A stretch of DNA of 63,999 nt, filler included, from Chlamydiia bacterium (lineage in GTDB: Bacteria > Chlamydiota > Chlamydiia > Chlamydiales > FEN-1388), in assembly GCA_903848235.1 (NCBI GenBank). It is 9 parts of 9 records of this genome, joined end to end, with 100 filler letters (N's around TTAATTAATTAA, not from the genome) between each part and the next. Parts side by side here need not be neighbours in the genome. Positions count along the whole stretch, not along the records: positions 1 to 13,369 come from CAINFV010000041.1; 8 more parts are not named here. The stretch is one strand, 5' to 3'. Positions within the stretch are counted from its first letter, which is position 1. Each line of letters begins with the position of its first letter. The notes below the pieces were generated by a model, which was not told where the DNA came from, made no database searches, and saw only the letters and a program-made list of their open reading frames with translations. Of the stretch, positions 1-10,300 are shown one piece after another. Made by a program: the position numbers and the translations under genes.

Positions 1-137
1 CATTTTTTGGGCACCGAGTTCGCAGAGCGTTGTCTTTCAGACAATTGCATTTATCATAGATCGGCCTAGGCAGGCCATCTATGATAAATGCAAGAAGTAT
101 GAGAGACAACGAATGCGAACTCGGTGCCCAAAAAATG
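1..137. repeat. Long palindromic MITE-like element (may extend beyond the window start)
   Basis: Perfect 24-bp IR CATTTTTTGGGCACCGAGTTCGCA (1-24) / TGCGAACTCGGTGCCCAAAAAATG (114-137); inner arms TTGCATTTATCATAGA / TCTATGATAAATGCAA. Confidence 0.85.
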
Positions 138-292
138 CTAAAGTCCAGTCTGAATCGAGGAAATAGAATCTTCTCGCCGAGGATGGGTCCCTAAATTATA
201 CAAAGTCGAGTTCTTAGTCTCATTTGTTTTAAAGAGCTGCTTTGTGGTACAATCAGTCTTGTTCTTTATTTTTTGCCTATTGAGTTTTTTGT

Positions 293-925
293 ATGATTGA
301 ATCGATGGCACAATGGCTGTCCCTTCACGCTGACCATGCCCCCTTCTTTGTCTTTGGACTGTTGTTGCTCGCTGGTTTTAGTTTTCCTATCAGCGAGGAC
401 GTCCTTGTCATTGTCAGTGGAGTGATGGCTAGCACGGTGATCCCTGAGAAGACAATTCCCCTGTTCATCGCGGTATTTTTAGGGTCGTATCTTTCTGATT
501 GGATTGCCTATTGGATAGGAAGGCTCTTAGGTCCAAAACTGTCGAAACTCGCCATGTTTCGAAGAACTTTGTCGTTAGAACGGAGGCATATTGTCGAGCG
601 GTTCTTTCGGCGGTATGGGTTTTTAACACTCTTTATCGGTCGGATGATACCCTTTGGAGTCCGAAATAGCGTGTTTATGGCTGCCGGGGCTGGAAAGATG
701 AATTTTGGTCGGTTTTTGCTCGGTGATGGCCTCAGTTGCCTTCTCTTTTCGTCCGTGGTCTTTTTCCTTGCCTTCCGCGCAGGGGAAAACTATGACAAAC
801 TCCATCGTTTTCTGTCTTCAATGGGGTATGTAGCCTTCTGTGTTGCCCTGTTGAGTGCCATAGCGTGGGTTATCTGGTCACGCCTTGTCAGAGAGGAAGC
901 CTCTGATTCTGAAGTTTTACCTTAG
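293..925 (+). CDS. DedA family membrane protein
   Basis: GFSFPISED, YWIGR and FIGRMIPFGVR motifs; hydrophobic helices. Confidence 0.9.
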   Translation: MIESMAQWLSLHADHAPFFVFGLLLLAGFSFPISEDVLVIVSGVMASTVIPEKTIPLFIAVFLGSYLSDWIAYWIGRLLGPKLSKLAMFRRTLSLERRHIVERFFRRYGFLTLFIGRMIPFGVRNSVFMAAGAGKMNFGRFLLGDGLSCLLFSSVVFFLAFRAGENYDKLHRFLSSMGYVAFCVALLSAIAWVIWSRLVREEASDSEVLP

Positions 926-956
926 ATATGCCGATTCTTGAACAAGAAAGGTATAA

Positions 957-1496
957 ATGGCTTCTATGTCCGTTTGTCGTTACATTCCGAATCTATTGAG
1001 CACTCTAAGGCTTCTTTTGGTTCCGTATATCTTTTTTTGCCCTGTAGCATGGCGTTTCCCCCTTCTCTTTGCTGCTTCTCTGACAGATTTTTTTGACGGG
1101 TATCTAGCGCGCAGGTGGAACGTACAATCGCGATTTGGCACTATGGTCGATCCGTTAGGAGACAAGGGGCTAGCGATAGCCTTTGCTTATCTTTTTTGGT
1201 CAGAGGGGCTATTTTCACTTCCACAACTGGTGATCTTTTTTTCGCGGGAAGTGGCGTTGTTGCTCTTTGCCGGCTATCTATTCTTCCAAGGGCAGTGGCA
1301 ACAGTGGACGATTCAATCGTTTTGGAGTGGAAAGATTGCTACAGCCCTCCAAGCTCTGATCGTTGGATTTCTCTGCCTTGGACATGTTGCACCGGCAGTT
1401 GTATACGGCCTTTTACTGCTCTCTGGTATTGCGGCCATGCCTGAGCTTCTGTATCGAGCAAGAACTCAAGCACGGGCGCGCGGCTCGAGCGTTTAG
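957..1496 (+). CDS. CDP-alcohol phosphatidyltransferase (PgsA-like)
   Basis: PNLLSTLR and the D-x2-DG-x2-AR-x8-G-x3-D-x3-D signature (TDFFDGYLARRWNVQSRFGTMVDPLGDK). Confidence 0.9.
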   Translation: MASMSVCRYIPNLLSTLRLLLVPYIFFCPVAWRFPLLFAASLTDFFDGYLARRWNVQSRFGTMVDPLGDKGLAIAFAYLFWSEGLFSLPQLVIFFSREVALLLFAGYLFFQGQWQQWTIQSFWSGKIATALQALIVGFLCLGHVAPAVVYGLLLLSGIAAMPELLYRARTQARARGSSV

Positions 1497-1544
1497 GTTA
1501 GCCTGAGTGAAACTAAAATAAGCTTATTCATTAGGTTGCGTTCT

Positions 1545-2561
1545 ATGGCTATTGAAGTAACAACCTCTCTTGCCTCCCTGAATTCCTACTTTACAGGAGC
1601 TCCTGATCTGTCAGATGCGATGGATGGTGCCGAGCTAGGACAGGGACTCCCCTCCTTTCAACAGTTTGCTGCTTATGCCGACCAAATAGAGGCTTCTGAA
1701 TCCCAACGGGTGACGCATGAAATCGAAGACTGTGCTTCAGAATGCCAACATTGTCTCTCTCCGTCTCTGTCAGAAGAGATTTGTCGTATGATACGGAGTG
1801 TCAATTCTTCTCTCTGTGATGAAAGGTGGAAAGCAGCGATGGTTGAGGAGATCCGTTCTCTCTATCTTCTTCCAAGTAAGCAAGCGTTTTATACCGTTCA
1901 TCGGCTTGAAGAGTGTTTTTCTCGGGTTCATTTAGATGACGATTCGCCACAGATGATCGAACTGAATGCGTTGAAGAAGGTGCTGAAAAAAGCAGTAGAA
2001 GAGGAGGTGGGTCAAGGAATGGTATATCGTAATGGCTCCGAGATGCCCCCTGTAAGCTGTGTGATAAAACAAACAATGACGTATTCAGATACTGTTGATG
2101 AGCCTGTCACCGACTTTCATGCCTATATTCCTGGCCAAGCGGGTAAGGTTGGACGATGTATTGTGCGGGTAAACAAATTTACAGAGTGTAAGGGAGTGGG
2201 TTACGGAACGAATCTAGCCGTTGGCGTTCTGAAGTTAGATTCCTATGCGAACACAGTTTTTCATGGCATCGGCACTCTTCTGATGCAAGCGGCTATGGAA
2301 TATGGGTTACAGTACGGTTGTAGAGGCCGCATAGCCCTTCATTCAGAAAGCTCAGCCCTTGGTTTTTACTATAAAATTGGGATGCGGACGATGTCGAAAA
2401 GAGTCGATGCAATCATCAAAAGGAGCGTCGATAGAACTGTTTCTGGGACAGGTACACGGGTGGGTATTCCTCTAGAAGACCCGGAGTTTATGTACCTTCC
2501 TCAAGAGGCTGTTGAACGATGGCAGGAAAGAATTCAGAGAAACCCGGTTCTCTATTTGTAG
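1545..2561 (+). CDS. Hypothetical protein with C-terminal GNAT acetyltransferase domain
   Basis: HGIGTLLM (motif A) and ALGFYYKIGM (motif B); N-terminal half unrecognised. Confidence 0.7.
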   Translation: MAIEVTTSLASLNSYFTGAPDLSDAMDGAELGQGLPSFQQFAAYADQIEASESQRVTHEIEDCASECQHCLSPSLSEEICRMIRSVNSSLCDERWKAAMVEEIRSLYLLPSKQAFYTVHRLEECFSRVHLDDDSPQMIELNALKKVLKKAVEEEVGQGMVYRNGSEMPPVSCVIKQTMTYSDTVDEPVTDFHAYIPGQAGKVGRCIVRVNKFTECKGVGYGTNLAVGVLKLDSYANTVFHGIGTLLMQAAMEYGLQYGCRGRIALHSESSALGFYYKIGMRTMSKRVDAIIKRSVDRTVSGTGTRVGIPLEDPEFMYLPQEAVERWQERIQRNPVLYL

Positions 2562-2569
2562 CTCATAGT

Positions 2570-2593
2570 ACCTCGACTTTGCAAAGTCGAGGT
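2570..2593. repeat. Perfect 24-bp palindrome between convergent genes (minimal CTCGACTTTGCAAA-family element, possible terminator)
   Basis: ACCTCGACTTTGCAAAGTCGAGGT. Confidence 0.75.
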
Positions 2594-4131
2594 TACGCTA
2601 CTGTTTCAGCAACGGGTTCTTCTGAGTGCTCTTTTGTGAATTGGCTGAATTCTTTTCCGAGCGCCTTTACAGCCACTATCCAGACTGTTGTTGCGCCAAT
2701 GACAATGAGAGCGACATATGGGGCGCTGCAGGATAGCGTTCCGAAGAACAATAGCAGCCCCTGATGGATGACAGAACCGCCGGATTTTGCCATCCGCGAG
2801 CCGATGCCATCAATAGCTGCCTTTCCCTTCATCCGCTCATCGCGATCGAGGGGTATAAAGGCCATCTCTTTGGTAGCGTCAAACACAGAGTATTTTGCCG
2901 CTTTTGTAAAACAGTTCTGCACAGAGCCGAAGAGCACGGCAAGAGCCAATGGCGTTGTTCCAAGAACAGTAGAGACGATAGGGGCTATGGCATCCCCTCC
3001 AAACAGGCAGCCGAAGAACGCCATTGTTGTGATCATGAGGACTGCTGGTGTGAGAAGCGCTGTTTTGGTCCATCCCAAACGGTTGATGATCCCAGCCATG
3101 ACAACGGAGGCTATTGTTGAGATGATCCCCATCGCACTGGTGAGGTTGTTGATGTAGATGTTGTAGTCGACGGTCGATGGGTACAGTTGGCGAAGGCGGT
3201 CCTTCCAGATGACTTCAACGAGGTTGATGACGAGGTTGTATGAGATTACAATCGTCGCAATGCCAAGGAGGTACTTGGAATTGGCAATGCAGACTAGGCT
3301 TTCTTTGAAGTTCAGTTTTTTCTTCACTTTTTTCTGAGACTTTTCATCATCCTTCGGAAGATAGGAAGAATCAGAGAGGACGTTTCGATCCATCCACCAG
3401 AAGGTGAGCAGTGTGATAAGGGCGAGGCCTACGATAAGAAAGAGGATTTTCGTCAGCGACTGCTCCCAGGCATCTTTTCCAAAGGCAAAGTTGCTATCAA
3501 ACTCTCCATAGGAGAGAGCTACTGCGATCTGTCCGGCACAAAAGGCGGCGATATTTGAGGCGATGACCATGACGCTGTAGAAACGAGGTGCTTCAGAGAT
3601 TTTGGTGACTTCGTTGGCAAATCCCCACATCAAGACTTGCAAGACGATCGTTCCCCAGAGCTCTGAAATGATATAAAAACCTGTGAGGGTCCAGTTGCGA
3701 TACATCGCGATGAGCCCTTTGCAGCCTAAAGGGAGAACGCTTTGTAAAAAGTCGGCTGAAGCATTCGGATGGAGTGCTTCTCTGTTTGGGTAGATGAAGA
3801 GGCAGAAGATGAGGAAGAAGGCAGAAAACGACAGGATAATGATCTGGAAGACCACGGCTCTTGAAAAGCGGTTGAGGAGGTAGGAGAATAACATCGTCGC
3901 AACGATCGCCGCAGGGAGCATTCCCCAGAGCTTGATAAAGGGGATGACTTCTGCTCCAGATCCTCGAGCTGTGACGACGAGGGCATCCTTTAGGTTGCGC
4001 AGAATGCTGTAGTCGAGAGCAACCAGCGCAAGCATGATAACCATCGGCACGATCTTTTTGATCTCATGGGAGTGAATTGGCCAGAGGAAGGAGCGTATAC
4101 CAGAAAAGGCAGCGCTTTCTGTCTGATTCAT
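2593..4131 (-). CDS. ntt: NTT/TLC family nucleotide transporter
   Basis: YSILRNLKD, GAEVIPFIKLWG, WGFANE, KYSVFDATKEMAFIPL, KGKAAIDGIGSRMAKSGG. Confidence 0.95.
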   Translation of the reverse strand: MNQTESAAFSGIRSFLWPIHSHEIKKIVPMVIMLALVALDYSILRNLKDALVVTARGSGAEVIPFIKLWGMLPAAIVATMLFSYLLNRFSRAVVFQIIILSFSAFFLIFCLFIYPNREALHPNASADFLQSVLPLGCKGLIAMYRNWTLTGFYIISELWGTIVLQVLMWGFANEVTKISEAPRFYSVMVIASNIAAFCAGQIAVALSYGEFDSNFAFGKDAWEQSLTKILFLIVGLALITLLTFWWMDRNVLSDSSYLPKDDEKSQKKVKKKLNFKESLVCIANSKYLLGIATIVISYNLVINLVEVIWKDRLRQLYPSTVDYNIYINNLTSAMGIISTIASVVMAGIINRLGWTKTALLTPAVLMITTMAFFGCLFGGDAIAPIVSTVLGTTPLALAVLFGSVQNCFTKAAKYSVFDATKEMAFIPLDRDERMKGKAAIDGIGSRMAKSGGSVIHQGLLLFFGTLSCSAPYVALIVIGATTVWIVAVKALGKEFSQFTKEHSEEPVAETVA

Positions 4132-4218
4132 CTTTCTCTCCTAATCCAAATAGAGAATAAGCTTATCAATAATTTTCTTTCTTTTCAAGATAATTTCTCG
4201 TTATTAGCAAATCTGCAA

Positions 4219-5793
4219 TTACACTAAGGCCGCTGCAGGTTGTGCTTCTAGCTCGAGAGAGCCAACAGTTGGTTCGAGCTGGGGCTGTGTTTTTTCGAGG
4301 AACTGTTTTCCAAGACTTCGAACAGCCGCCATCCAGACGCCAATGATAGAGAAGAGAATGACAGCAACATATGGGACACACGCAGAGATTGTTGAGAGGG
4401 TGATGAGGAGAAATTGATAAATAACCGATCCTCCAGACTTGCCCAGACGATTGCAAATTCCGTCGATGGCAGCCTTGCCTTTCACTTTTTCCTCTTGAGA
4501 GAGGGGAATGAATACCATTTCTTTGGTAGCGTCGAACACCGTGTATTTGGCGGCTCGCGAGCAGCAGTTTTGAAGCGTCCCGAAGAAGACGACCAGCGTC
4601 AGCGGCGAGATGCCCACGAATGCAAGAGCGAGTTCTGGAGATCCTTTCATGAAGAAGAAGCCAAAGAAGCCAATGCTTGTGATCAGAAGGATGGCTGGGG
4701 TGATCAGAGCTGTTTTCGTCCAACCGAAGATGCGAAGAGAGTTTCCAGACACAAGAAGTGAGGCTAAGGTAGCAATAATTCCAATCCAGGTCGTTACTTG
4801 ATTCATATAGAGGTTGTATTGGAGAGGATTGGGGTAGAGTTCTTGGACCTCATGCTTCCACAGGACTTCGACAAGGTTGATCACGACATTGTAGGAGATG
4901 ACAATCGTGACGAGACACAGCATATATCGGGAAGAGAAGAGATATCGGATATTTTCTCTCATGGATAGCTTTAGCTTTTTGGTTTTCTTTGAGGCCACAG
5001 AGTCTGTCGATGGTCCTAATTGTGGGTGAGTTTTTAAGACATGGTTGAGATAGACGAGCAGGAGCAGGGCTACTGCGCCTACCCCCACGACCATCGAGAT
5101 CAAATATTCAAGAGTAGGTCCCCACGAATCGCCACTGGACATTTGCGAAACGTTTGATTGGGAGAGCTGTGTTGCAAAGATCGAAAGCTGTCCAGCAGCA
5201 ATTCCTGAGAGGTTGATGCCTACTCCGAGCAAGCCGTAAAACCGCTTTGCTTCATCTAGTTTTGTTATCTGATTTGCAAATCCCCAGAGGAGCATCGCTA
5301 TAATAATGTTGCTCCATAGCTCTGCCATAGCGTAGAAGATGGAAAAGCTCCAATAACGAATCATCGAGATAAGGCCTTTGCAACCTACGGGCAACACTGT
5401 CGACAAAAAGTCAGCCGCGGAGTGGAAATGTACAGCCTCTCGTTTGGGGTAGAGGAGGAAGGCAAAAAGAAAGAAGAAGATGAGAAAAGATCCGAGCATG
5501 ACGTAAAAAACATTTTCGCGGGAAAAACGGTTCGATAGGCGAATGAAGACCCATGTTAAAAGAACCGACATCGGGAACATAACCCATACTTTGATAAAAG
5601 GGATGACTTCAGCGCCCGAATTTTTCGCCGTGATAACCAATGTGTCTTTCATGCATCGAAGAACATTATAATCAAAATGGAGGAGGAAAAAGATAAACAG
5701 CATGGGGACAAGCTTTTTCAGCTCTCGACCGTAGATGGGCCAAAAGCAGGTACGCCACTTGCCAAACGTCTCTGATGTTGAACCATCAGTCAT
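4219..5793 (-). CDS. ntt: NTT/TLC family nucleotide transporter (tandem paralogue)
   Basis: GAEVIPFIKVW, WGFANQIT, KYTVFDATKEM, KGKAAIDG, GKSGGS. Confidence 0.95.
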   Translation of the reverse strand: MTDGSTSETFGKWRTCFWPIYGRELKKLVPMLFIFFLLHFDYNVLRCMKDTLVITAKNSGAEVIPFIKVWVMFPMSVLLTWVFIRLSNRFSRENVFYVMLGSFLIFFFLFAFLLYPKREAVHFHSAADFLSTVLPVGCKGLISMIRYWSFSIFYAMAELWSNIIIAMLLWGFANQITKLDEAKRFYGLLGVGINLSGIAAGQLSIFATQLSQSNVSQMSSGDSWGPTLEYLISMVVGVGAVALLLLVYLNHVLKTHPQLGPSTDSVASKKTKKLKLSMRENIRYLFSSRYMLCLVTIVISYNVVINLVEVLWKHEVQELYPNPLQYNLYMNQVTTWIGIIATLASLLVSGNSLRIFGWTKTALITPAILLITSIGFFGFFFMKGSPELALAFVGISPLTLVVFFGTLQNCCSRAAKYTVFDATKEMVFIPLSQEEKVKGKAAIDGICNRLGKSGGSVIYQFLLITLSTISACVPYVAVILFSIIGVWMAAVRSLGKQFLEKTQPQLEPTVGSLELEAQPAAALV

Positions 5794-6324
5794 GGAAGCC
5801 CTCTAGTAGTAGTGAAAAAATCTCCCTGCTGTTTGGGAGTTCCTCGGATTCTTCAAACCCGGGTTTCAATATCTGCGAATATGAGCACATGTAGGAATAC
5901 GTAGAGCGGACGGAAGCGAGTTTATTCGCCTTAGGCGACATGGCACCCGCCTGACGCCACCAAGAGCAAGAGGATAGGCTGCACTGCAGCACTAAACACT
6001 AGTCGTGTGGTGTCGATAAAAACTTTACAACAAGTCTGGCAAGACTGAAACGACATGAATAACACCGTTACTTAGTCCACAAGTAGCTTAACTGATACTT
6101 TAAAAATGTTCAAGAGAAAAAGCAGTTATCTTACACAACGAGATACGTTTTTTAGACCCCACGGGCCGAAAAGTGTACAAAGTCGAGTTAAAGGCTCTCT
6201 GACCATGTTGAAAGCGATGTTTTAAAAGGAAATCAATGACTCATCATCGGTGGTTGAATGATGATTAAAAAAGAGCTGTTTTCGAGGTGAATGCACATTT
6301 TTTCCTTGGATCGAACAAAGGTAC

Positions 6325-6353
6325 TTGATACATATTCTTTTTTTGTGCATAAT
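6325..6353 (+). promoter_or_regulatory. Putative sigma66/70 promoter of euo
   Basis: TTGATA-N17-CATAAT about 80 bp upstream of the ATG. Confidence 0.6.
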
Positions 6354-6435
6354 CGAACCGTATTTTTAAGGAACGCAACCTGTTTAGTACTTGTGTGGTG
6401 ACTGAAAGGCTGCGCTATAATTTAGGTGAAAAAAG

Positions 6436-6855
6436 ATGGAAAAACAATCTGATAATGAATTACATGGGCTTGTCTCAATTACAGAGGCAGCAAGGATTCA
6501 CAACGTAACACGGCAAGCTATTTACGTAGCTATTAAGTCGAATAAGTTACGTGCAAGAAAAGATACGCGCCGTTGGATGATCGATTTAGCTGATTTACGC
6601 GAATATAAGCGATTGAAATACTCCAGAACACGGTCGATGTTCGAAGGAGAACTGCTTTTTGACAATGCAAAAGGCTTTTATTCTGTCAATCAAGTTGCGA
6701 AGTTGCTCAATGTTCCAGCTCAAAAGATCTACTATGCTGCTCGCAGTGGCTATCTGAAAGCCACCCGAAAAGGAGCTGCATGGGTGATTCATGAGAACGA
6801 TGTAAAATCGTATAGAGAACAATACTTGGCTGCTAAGAAGCGTAAAGCTGCGTAA
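6436..6855 (+). CDS. euo: EUO, chlamydial developmental transcription repressor
   Basis: Two HTH_17-like units: VSITEAARIHNVTRQAIYVAIK and YSVNQVAKLLNVPAQKIYYA. Confidence 0.92.
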   Translation: MEKQSDNELHGLVSITEAARIHNVTRQAIYVAIKSNKLRARKDTRRWMIDLADLREYKRLKYSRTRSMFEGELLFDNAKGFYSVNQVAKLLNVPAQKIYYAARSGYLKATRKGAAWVIHENDVKSYREQYLAAKKRKAA

Positions 6856-7173
6856 AAAAGGACCTGGCCGATTGTGATCGGCCGTTCCATGACAGCATGT
6901 TGTGATTTTTCGTCTGCATTTTTCCAAGATCAACGCTCGAGCGTCTTGGAAAAATGCAGTTTTTTTTCAGTCCCTAGCTGATTCACCGTTCCCCATCTCT
7001 TTTGCCAATCACCGTTGGTTCTTCGAGAATCTGCCTTCAAACCAATGTTGCCATCTATCTTGCGACAGTATTTTCGGGAAGACGAAAAGTCGAAAATAAG
7101 AGGCTTCCGGATTTGCGTCAGTGAAAATAGATCCGGCTGTTGTTATCGAAGAACATCAAAATTGAAAATATCT

Positions 7174-7332
7174 GCCTTTTGCAAAACGAGCAGCGCGCGC
7201 TGCTCGCGGCGGCTCGAATAGAGAGGGTATCTCTTCTCATCAATAGCTAGCGCTATTGGCTTCGTCGAGATAAACTCTCCCTTCGTCGCCGGCGCTTTGC
7301 ATATCGCAGCCATTAGTTTTGCCAAAGCCTCT
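7174..7332. mobile_element. Degenerate MITE-like palindromic element with GAGGCTTTTGCAAAAC-type ends
   Basis: GCCTTTTGCAAAAC ... GTTTTGCCAAAGCCTCT; central CAATAGC-TAGC-GCTATTG hairpin; same end motif as a mini-palindrome near 49791-49822. Confidence 0.6.
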
Positions 7333-7348
7333 ATAAATAGGATAACCC

Positions 7349-10300
7349 GTGAACCCTATTAATGTATCAGTCCGACAAGACCTCGATGGCGGGGTTTCCT
7401 TTGTGGTAGAGGACAACGGCGTTATGTATGAAGGGCCTGACGCTCTGGCTCACTTGCACAGTGTTCCTGATCCGAAACTAAGATTCTCATTGGAGCAAAG
7501 GGTCTCTTCTCTTTCTCAAGAACAATTGTTCCCTACTATCCCTCAAGGGGAATCTTTTGAAGGCCCTCCTTGCGAGGTTTTTCCAACACATCTTCTTTTA
7601 CCATTGAAGGCAATTCTCAAATTCTGTCAGCGCGGAGACAATGCTACGTCTATCGCCACAGGAAGAGCTGTTGTTGGGACAATTGGTAAGATGACTGATG
7701 TATGTAAGATTTCTCAGAAACACATACCCTCCCATCCAACGTATTCTGAAGTGGGAGTGGGAGGTCTGAAAACGGGTGCTGAATGCTGGGCAAAGTGGCA
7801 AATCTCAAAAAAACTTGAGCAGTTGATGGCCCAATCTCTTTGTTCTATGGCCGGGCTGTCACCTGGTACTTCGGTTTATATCGGGGTTATCTCCCTAGTA
7901 GGAAGTTCTGTCGCGCTCTCTTATGAATGGGATAATTTTATTGACTTGCTCGGTAACACATCTTCATTGTGCTTAGATGCCCTAGGTCAGATTCCTACGA
8001 TTTTAGAAAGAGAAGCAGAACGAGAAGGGCAGTTTGCACTGCAGTGCCGAGAGGCAGTTGAAGGCTTTTTTCGCATAGCTTCTACAGGCTGCCTGGATGC
8101 CTTAGGTCAGATTCCTACGGTTTTAGAAAGAGAAGCAGAACGAGAAGAGCAGTTTGCGTTGCAGTGGCGAGAGGCAATTGAAGGCCTGTTGCACAAAACT
8201 TCTACAGACCGAAAAAAGGAAGGGTATGTCCCTTTTGAATATGACCTTACCATGACAGGGCGTGAGCTTCTGGGAAAGCGTCCTTTGGAATCTTCTACGA
8301 AAATCGACCTTCAAGTCTCTGAAGGAGAAGAGAGCACTCAAAAGTCGACTCAACTTGGCAAAGAGGCCACTGGCCAAACAGCGGTACAGAAAGACCCGCT
8401 TCCAGAAGAACCGCCCCAAGGGGAGGAAGATCCTTCCCCCCAAAAAATACATCTGAATTTTTCACTGAACCTTGCCTTTGAAAAAAAGGACTTTGTCCTT
8501 ACCCCTCCCCCTCCGCCGCTTCCCTCCTATTGGGAGGATAGAATCAATGTACGAGTGGGTCCTGGGCGAGTGTATGTTGGGGTTGATTTTTCGAAAAACC
8601 CTGGGGGCTCACTCGAGGGGTCGATTCATGATCCGGCCCACTGGCGTCAAGAAAATGCAGAATATGTAAAGGCGTATTTCGCATACCAAGACTACAAGAC
8701 AACAGAAGTGGAAGCGCTGAAGATCGACCATAAGGTGATGCCAAATCCCAAATTGGGTGATGGGCATCATAGAGTGAAATTTGATGCGACTCCTCTGACA
8801 AAAGAGAACCCATTCGATCCCAAACATCCGTTCCAGATCACGTTTGCAGAATTTAAGTACGGTTTTGCATACAAAATGGACCGCGAAGTGATTGGTGTGA
8901 GTGACGAGCTTTTGCCGTTCGTAGAGTTTCATCGAGTCTTCTTCGGCAAGGGGAAAAATGCAGCATGTGCCCAACATGTATGTAAGACCAAAGAAATGAA
9001 GTATTTTGAAGAGATATGCGATGAATATATTGAATATAAGAAGCAAGAAAGCCTGGCTTTTATTGCCGGAAAAAATTTTAGACCAGCGAAAAAAAACCTC
9101 GCGATATATCACCAGCTCCATCCTGACGACCTAGATACATGCAAAGCCCTGATGTATCTGTGCTCCGAAACTGGCAACGATACTGAGGCTCTCACGTATG
9201 CCTATCAAATACCTTCGGAAAAAAGAGGTGCTGACATTGAGTTGTGGATGGCAAGGATGAATGCACAGCTCGGCCACCAGACAGAAAGCCTAGAGTTGTA
9301 TCGCCATTACGAAGGGGTGGCACCCGAGGACAAAACGGCGTTACTCGAACACGCGATACTCTCCTTGCAGGGTCAAGAAAAGGATAAAGAAGAGGCGAGG
9401 AGAATCTTGGCCGGCCTTGAAACACCATCTTCGTGGCAACTCCTTGCGCTGGATTCTGCCCAAAGAAATAGCTGGAAAGAGGCTGTTGAATTTGCAGAAA
9501 AAGATCCTTCATTGAAAAATTTTTCGACTGAGTTGCGACAAGCGGCGAGTCTGTTTTTTGAACAGCAGAAAGATTTTAGCCAATCTTTTTCTATGCTCGA
9601 GCCGTTAGTTGATCGAGCTGAAGGGGCCGAAAAGAGCACGTACAACTATGCTTTAGCTGATTTAGCGTGCAAACAAAACGAGTTTTCAAAAGCAGCTTTT
9701 TATGTAAGCGAGGGTCTTAAAACCGATAGCTCACCAGACAAGAATGTACGGGTCTCGCTTTTGGGACATTTACAACTTCAAACCAGAAATGTAGACAAAG
9801 CTCTTGAGTCATTTCAAACATACCTGAAAAATGCGCCGGATGATCTTGTCATTCAATCTCTGTGTGCACGATTGTACAAAGATAAAGGAGATGTGGCAAA
9901 AGCCAGAACCACTTTATTAGGAGTTTTGGAGAAAAAACCAAATCATGTAGAATCTCTTATTCTTCTTTCCAACCTGTATATAGAACAAAAGAATGCCTTT
10001 TTAGCAGTAGAGACACTTGAAAGAACTCTGGCCGTTGATCCAAAGCAGAATTGGGCGCACCTTGTTTTAGGAAATCTCTATATGCAAGAAAGGAGCTTCT
10101 CCAAGGCTCTTGATCATCTTGAAAAGTTTTTGAAAGTAAATCCCAAAGAGGAACGGGCCCTGTATCTTGCAGGGATGGCCTATATGGAAACGAATCAGCT
10201 AGACAAGGCTAGAGAGAAGTTTCTCTTGATGGTAAAACATAACCCGAACTCAGCCGTAGGGGAACATGCCCTTCAAGTGGTACAACAGCAAATGACTGTG

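Noticed and set aside
4166..4801. Alternative-frame ORFs inside the ntt genes (likewise inside murF-alr and ISL3)
   Set aside because: Nested in well-supported CDSs; no motifs or RBS
6914..6968. Hairpin CTGCATTTTTCCAAGA...TCTTGGAAAAATGCAG plus T run as a novel RNA
   Set aside because: Adequately explained as the euo terminator or a MITE remnant
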